Positions 26,390-30,629 of a DNA stretch of 30,629 nucleotides are shown here, piece by piece. Below the pieces are notes generated by a model. That model made no database searches. It was not told where the DNA came from and worked only from the letters and a program-made list of their open reading frames with translations. Positions within the stretch are counted from its first letter, which is position 1, and every line of letters begins with the position of its first letter. Both the position numbers and the translations under genes were made by a program. Source of the DNA: a virus (Duplodnaviria > Caudoviricetes); the IMG/VR virus record IMGVR_UViG_3300020388_000045, positions 1-30,629 of that record. The stretch is one strand, 5' to 3'.

Positions 26390-27811
26390 ATGCCATTAAA
26401 CTCTTACTTTTTACAAGGATCCCAAGGAGAACAAAGACTCGTTCAGGATCTCATTAACGAACAGTTAAAAATATACGGACAAGATATCATTTACCTTCCA
26501 AGAAAGTTGGTAAGTCAGGATGCAATTCTAAATGAAACAATTGCTACTGAATTTGATGATTCGTTCAGAATGGAAGCATATCTAGCAAACTATGAAGGGT
26601 TTGCAGGTAATGGAGATATTCTATCTAAGTTTGGTGTTCAGTCAACAGATCAGATTACTCTGATAATCTCAAAGGAAAGATATGAGGACTTTACTTCTCC
26701 ATTCTTACAAGGAGAAGACGTTATAGTATCATCGAGACCAGCAGAAGGTGACTTGATTTATCTCCCACTCGATAATACTATCTTCGAGATCAAATACGTA
26801 GAGGCAAAGAAACCATTCTATCAACTGAATAAGTTATTCGTTTATCAGTTGAGTTGTGAAGTCTTCGATGCTGCACTCGATGAACAGGTCATTACTGGAA
26901 TCGAGGAAGTCGATCAGGCAGTATCCGACTTTATATTCACCACCAAAATTACAATGGTTGGTCTTGATGCTCAACAGGCAACAGCAACTATTCAACTTGC
27001 GAAAGACCTTGGTGGTGGTCCAACCGATCTTGCTGTAAGCGAGATTGATCTCATTAATGATGGAACAGGATATACAGTTCCACCAATCATTGGTATTCAG
27101 ACTGCACCTGGTGGTGGCGTCAATGCTTCTGCTGTTGCACTCATGACCCAGAGAACTGGTCAAGTAGGTCAGTCAATTGATAGTATTCAAATCACTAATC
27201 CAGGACTTGGATATACATTGCCACCAACAATTACAATCCGTCCCCAGAACAATAATGGCACTGGTGGTATTGCAACAGCAATTTTAACTGAAGGTGCTCT
27301 TGGACTTCCAAACATTACATTTGCTGGTGTTGGATATGGAGTCACACCGACAGTTGCAATTACAACAGCACCTTCAGGTGGAACTAATGCTTCTGCTGTA
27401 GTTATTGTTGATGCTAATGAAAGAGTTAGTTCTATTCGATACACTAATGCTGGTGCAGGATACACATTGGCACCAAACGTCACCATACAGGTCCCTGCGA
27501 CCGGAATCAACTCCACTAACTATTTGACTGGAGAACTTGTCCGAGGCGTCTCTACGGGCACTACAGCGTATGTTCACAAGTGGGATTCTGATATTAATGT
27601 ATTAGAAATTACAAATGCTTCTAGTAATTTTGCACTTGGAGAAATCATTGTAGGTATTGGAACTACTCAACTTGGATCTGATGCTGCTAGAAGAATTGAA
27701 GCAATTTCTGACCAAGACGAGTTTGATGAATTTGCAGATAATATAGAAATAGAATCAGAAGCAGATACCATTCTTGACTTTACCGAAAAGAACCCATTTG
27801 GAGAGATCTAA
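26390..27811 (+). CDS. gp14: Neck / head-closure protein gp14 with internal repeat insertion (473 aa)
   Basis: Motifs EQRLVQDLI.EQLKIYG.D..YLPR, SKFGVQ..D, RP.EGDLIY.PL...FEIKYVE..KPFYQL, and C-terminal LDFTEKNPFG. Confidence 0.93.
   Translation: MPLNSYFLQGSQGEQRLVQDLINEQLKIYGQDIIYLPRKLVSQDAILNETIATEFDDSFRMEAYLANYEGFAGNGDILSKFGVQSTDQITLIISKERYEDFTSPFLQGEDVIVSSRPAEGDLIYLPLDNTIFEIKYVEAKKPFYQLNKLFVYQLSCEVFDAALDEQVITGIEEVDQAVSDFIFTTKITMVGLDAQQATATIQLAKDLGGGPTDLAVSEIDLINDGTGYTVPPIIGIQTAPGGGVNASAVALMTQRTGQVGQSIDSIQITNPGLGYTLPPTITIRPQNNNGTGGIATAILTEGALGLPNITFAGVGYGVTPTVAITTAPSGGTNASAVVIVDANERVSSIRYTNAGAGYTLAPNVTIQVPATGINSTNYLTGELVRGVSTGTTAYVHKWDSDINVLEITNASSNFALGEIIVGIGTTQLGSDAARRIEAISDQDEFDEFADNIEIESEADTILDFTEKNPFGEI
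27035..27496 (+). repeat. Four tandem ~40-aa G.GY...P.[VI].I repeats inside gp14
   Basis: Units are VSEIDLINDGTGYTVPPIIGI, IDSIQITNPGLGYTLPPTITI, LGLPNITFAGVGYGVTPTVAI and VSSIRYTNAGAGYTLAPNVTI. Confidence 0.85.
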
Positions 27812-27814
27812 ATA
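27807..27814 (+). promoter_or_regulatory. Late promoter variant TCTAAATA upstream of gp15
   Basis: One mismatch to TATAAATA, overlapping the gp14 stop, about 25 nt before ATG 27840. Confidence 0.65.
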
Positions 27815-27839
27815 GTTAGTATAGGCAAACCATGGTGTC

Positions 27840-28892
27840 ATGTTAGGACAGTATTATTATCATGAGATTATACGAAAGACTATCATATCTTTCGGTACTC
27901 TTTTCAACAGCATTGAACTCCGGCACACAAAGCAGGACGGATCTGAGTTTTCGACTGTAAAGGTTCCTATTGCTTATGGTCCTGCTGAGAAGTTCATCGC
28001 AAGACTGGAGCAAAAACCTGATCCAAGAAGAAGGGTATCGATAACTATTCCCAGATTAGCATTTGAAATGACAGGTATTCAATACGATAATACCAGAAAA
28101 GTTTCTACAATGCAAACCTTTAAAACTTTTACTAAAGATGGAACAAAATTAGCAAGAAAGGTTTTTATGCCTGTTCCATATAATCTAGGATTTAGATTAT
28201 CAATCTTGACTCAATATAATGAAGATTCGATGCAAATTATTGAGCAAATTCTTCCTATATTCCAACCAGCATTTAATGTAACAGTTGATTTAGTGGATTC
28301 AATTGGCGAAAAGAGAGACGTACCACTAGTTTTAGAAAATATTAATTTTCAAGATAACTATACCTCTGGATATGAAGAGAAGAGAGTTATCGTCCATGAC
28401 TTGCAGTTTACAGCAAAGACATATCTATTCGGTGCTATTGCTGACAATAGTGAAGGACTCATCAAAAAAGTTCAGGTCGATTATAATACAAGCACAAATA
28501 CAAAAACCGCAAAAAGAGAACTCAGGTATATTGCTGAACCTAGAGCACTTAAGGATTATAATGACGACAATGCAACCACCCTTGCTGAGGATATTAATGA
28601 AGAACAGACCAAGTTCTTGGTTACCAATGCGTCAAGTTTCTTTGTAGATGGTTATATCTACATTGGTAAAGAACTTATACAGATTAGAGAAATTAGTAAC
28701 GAAACACTCTTAGTGTATAGAGGAGTTGATGGAACTCAGGCAGATAGTCACATTAAAGGAGTATCCATTGATGCAGTCACCAAGGCAGATGATGATCTGG
28801 TCGAACCTGGTGATGACTTCGGATTCAGTGAAGAACGATTTGACTTCAGTGATTTCAAAACTTATAGTCCTAGTAAAGGTACAGATGTATGA
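27840..28892 (+). CDS. gp15: Tail sheath stabiliser / tail terminator gp15 (350 aa)
   Basis: Motifs YYYHEIIRKTII.FGTLFN.I, KVPIAYGP.EKF, PRLAFEMT...YD..RK, PVPYNL.F.L, QI.EQILP.FQP.F, and F.AKTYLFG. Confidence 0.95.
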   Translation: MLGQYYYHEIIRKTIISFGTLFNSIELRHTKQDGSEFSTVKVPIAYGPAEKFIARLEQKPDPRRRVSITIPRLAFEMTGIQYDNTRKVSTMQTFKTFTKDGTKLARKVFMPVPYNLGFRLSILTQYNEDSMQIIEQILPIFQPAFNVTVDLVDSIGEKRDVPLVLENINFQDNYTSGYEEKRVIVHDLQFTAKTYLFGAIADNSEGLIKKVQVDYNTSTNTKTAKRELRYIAEPRALKDYNDDNATTLAEDINEEQTKFLVTNASSFFVDGYIYIGKELIQIREISNETLLVYRGVDGTQADSHIKGVSIDAVTKADDDLVEPGDDFGFSEERFDFSDFKTYSPSKGTDV

Positions 28893-29305
28893 GTGATCAA
28901 TTTGACAGCATAAACGATACATTGGACGTTGAAGTTCAGGCAGGAGAAATCGTAAAAGAGACCAAAAGAGAACTCAAGAAAATCAGTGGTCAAGAAGATC
29001 ATTTGAAAGATTATGAGTACACTCGTGGTAATCTGTATTCTTTGATTGAAAAGGGACAGGAAGCAATCAACGGTATTCTTGAATTAGCACAGGAAGGACA
29101 ACAACCTAGGTCATATGAGGTTGTCGGACAACTTATCAAGAGCGTTGGTGATGTATCCGATAAGTTACTTGACCTTCAACAGAAGATGAAGGATCTAAAT
29201 AAAGAGGAGAAGTCATCTTCTCCAACAACGGTAAACAATGCATTGTTTGTTGGTTCAACTGCTGAACTACAAAAACTGCTCAAGGATGGATTCAAAAAGG
29301 AATGA
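28889..29305 (+). CDS. gp16: Terminase small subunit gp16
   Basis: Motifs DYEYTRGNLYSLIEKGQEAI.GI, PR.YEV.GQLIK.V.D...KL.DLQ.K, and TVNNALFVGSTAELQKLLK. Located after gp15. Confidence 0.93.
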   Translation: MSDQFDSINDTLDVEVQAGEIVKETKRELKKISGQEDHLKDYEYTRGNLYSLIEKGQEAINGILELAQEGQQPRSYEVVGQLIKSVGDVSDKLLDLQQKMKDLNKEEKSSSPTTVNNALFVGSTAELQKLLKDGFKKE

Positions 29306-29559
29306 AATCATACAAGCAATTCCAACAGAATATCCAAGAGATTGATCAAAACCTACTAGGTCCTGGTCTTGGTATTGCTAGTGGTTTAAGTAGAACTGCT
29401 TCTCAGGCAATCGGCGGTCTTTCTAGATTTGTTGCTGGTGCTGCTGGTTCAGACGCAGTTCGCAGAACAACTAAAATTGCACCTAAGGTTAAATTCAAAG
29501 GTCCCGGTGGTGATCCATCTGGATCGGGTTTAGGTCAAGCACAGCAAAAGAGTAAGTAA
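29302..29559 (+). CDS. Gly/Ala-rich hypothetical protein (85 aa), candidate capsid-internal protein
   Basis: Start overlaps the gp16 stop (ATGA). The N-terminus MKSYKQFQQNIQE resembles the T4 internal-protein capsid-targeting sequence. Confidence 0.7.
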   Translation: MKSYKQFQQNIQEIDQNLLGPGLGIASGLSRTASQAIGGLSRFVAGAAGSDAVRRTTKIAPKVKFKGPGGDPSGSGLGQAQQKSK

Positions 29560-29561
29560 CC

Positions 29562-30314
29562 ATGCCATCAGTATCCAAAGCACAACAAAGATTCATGGGT
29601 ATGGTCCGTGCCGCCCAGAAAGGTGAGATGAAAAATCCATCACCTGAAGTGCAGGATGCTGCCAATTCTATGAAGAAGAAAGATGCGAAAGATTTTGCAT
29701 CTACTAAGCATAAAGGTTTACCGGAGAAAGTAGTTGCTAAAGAAGCAGTCTACGGTGGTGCGGAAGCAGAGAAAAAGAAAAAGATTGATGCCTTCATGGA
29801 TAAAGCAATGCCAAAGCGCACCTTTGACCAAATGGGAAGAGAAACTGACCGTCGCACTGGTAAACTCAAAGAGGATATGAAAGGTTACGGAGAAGAGAGG
29901 TTCTGCGAACTCTGTGGCAAGATGGAGTACAAGGAAGAATGCAGTTATGGTCCTAAGATGTGGGACATGTTTACAATAAGGAACTTCAGTAAGTCTGTTG
30001 TAGTTCCAGGCAAAGCAACCTACGAAGAAGTCAACTGGAGACAAGAAGTAGCAGAATCGTATCTTAGAGTACAGGAAAGAGGAAGAACATATACTATTAT
30101 CTTCAACTGGAGAGGAAGAACACTAAAGGTTCAAATGTTCTTCAATAAATTCTCTAGACCCACTAGAGAAGAAGTACGTGCAGAACTCAATAAGGTCTAT
30201 CCCGGACCAATAGTGCTATACTACAATCCAGTTAAAAGAGAACCAACTTTACCATTAATGTTTGCAGGAGATGCAGGAGGAGACGCAAATGAACCTAGAT
30301 CCAGACGCAATTGA
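29562..30314 (+). CDS. Mosaic hypothetical protein (250 aa): DUF3008-like N-terminus, Cys cluster, C-terminal alpha/beta domain
   Basis: Begins MPSVSKAQQRFMG and continues to SMKKKDAKDFASTKHKGLPEKV. Contains CELC-x8-C and ends with TY.I.FNWRG....VQMFF....RPTREEV..EL.KVYPG. Confidence 0.8.
   Translation: MPSVSKAQQRFMGMVRAAQKGEMKNPSPEVQDAANSMKKKDAKDFASTKHKGLPEKVVAKEAVYGGAEAEKKKKIDAFMDKAMPKRTFDQMGRETDRRTGKLKEDMKGYGEERFCELCGKMEYKEECSYGPKMWDMFTIRNFSKSVVVPGKATYEEVNWRQEVAESYLRVQERGRTYTIIFNWRGRTLKVQMFFNKFSRPTREEVRAELNKVYPGPIVLYYNPVKREPTLPLMFAGDAGGDANEPRSRRN
30275..30280 (+). promoter_or_regulatory. Strong Shine-Dalgarno AGGAGG for the ORF starting at 30289
   Basis: Perfect AGGAGG 8 nt upstream of ATG 30289, embedded in the 3' end of the upstream ORF. 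Confidence 0.8.
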
Positions 30315-30468
30315 AATTCAGAACTTAAACAAAAGTTTTGAGTATATCAAAATTGCAAGAGAGATTGATAATCTACAAGAAATAGAAAACGCAAAGAACG
30401 TAGCAAAGTGCTATGTTAAATTATATTTGAAGACACAAGAAACTGTGGCATCCTTAGGAAATTTATGA
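30289..30468 (+). CDS. Small helix-loop-helix protein (59 aa), putative NblA-like phycobilisome-degradation adaptor
   Basis: Sequence is MNLDPDAIEIQNLNKSFEYIKIAREIDNLQEIENAKNVAKCYVKLYLKTQETVASLGNL. Start is set by the SD. The ORF itself is well supported; the NblA-like call is by eye from size, two amphipathic helices and residue spacing. Confidence 0.55.
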   Translation: MNLDPDAIEIQNLNKSFEYIKIAREIDNLQEIENAKNVAKCYVKLYLKTQETVASLGNL

Positions 30469-30471
30469 ATC

Positions 30472-30629
30472 ATGGCTGATAATGTATACCTTGGCAATCC
30501 GAATCTAAAAAAAGCAAATACACCGGTCGAATTCACCGAAGAGAATATTATAGAATTCGTAAGGTGTAAGAATGATCCTGTGTATTTTGCAGAGAATTAC
30601 GTCAAGATTGTGAGTTTGGATGAAGGTCT
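30472..30629 (+). CDS. gp17: Terminase large subunit gp17, N-terminal fragment (runs off the window)
   Basis: Manual translation gives MADNVYLGNPNLKKANTPVEFTEENIIEFVRCKNDPVYFAENYVKIVSLDEG. YLGNPNLKKA and C..DPVYFA..Y.KI are T4-like gp17 N-terminal motifs. Not in the ORF track. Confidence 0.93.
   Translation, partial: MADNVYLGNPNLKKANTPVEFTEENIIEFVRCKNDPVYFAENYVKIVSLDEG

Noticed and set aside
29100-29305. pac-like packaging site at the 3' end of gp16, as proposed for T4
   Set aside because: No distinctive repeat or motif is visible, and gene 19 is outside the window, so it cannot be supported.
455-30044. Numerous 60-133 aa minus-strand and off-frame ORFs in the track (e.g. 12390-12767, 19459-19782, 23240-23590, 25541-25942, 29718-30044)
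   Set aside because: They lie almost entirely within well-supported plus-strand genes, have no recognisable motifs or RBS, and are expected shadows of biased Gly/Thr/Val codon usage.
1-30629. tRNAs, rRNAs, CRISPR arrays, introns, homing endonucleases, transposases, rho-independent terminators
   Set aside because: Intergenic gaps are all under about 40 nt, the core genes are uninterrupted, and no such motifs were seen by eye.

Overview
This window is a continuous, all plus-strand late (virion morphogenesis) operon of a T4-like myovirus. Gene order and protein signatures match marine cyanomyoviruses (Synechococcus/Prochlorococcus phages, Kyanoviridae-type), although the host is inferred. The order is: small hypotheticals, baseplate genes gp25, gp6, a giant 3554-aa gp7, gp8, a 2455-aa DUF4815/VrlC-like structural protein, four small or fibre-like virion genes, a short coiled-coil ORF, neck genes gp13 and gp14, tail terminator gp15, terminase small subunit gp16, three inserted ORFs, and the start of terminase large subunit gp17. 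T4-type late promoters (TATAAATA and variants) sit in front of several gene blocks. The most interesting region is the three-gene insert between gp16 and gp17. It encodes a protein starting with a T4-like capsid-targeting sequence, a DUF3008-like/Cys-cluster mosaic protein, and a 59-aa helix-loop-helix protein resembling the phycobilisome-degradation adaptor NblA. The structural proteins also share a small set of repeated modules inserted into unrelated genes, gp7 carries a split YHYH-like domain, and a short G-[IV]-G-[ST]-T motif recurs across the virion proteins. All family assignments come from recognising motifs by eye; no database searches were run.
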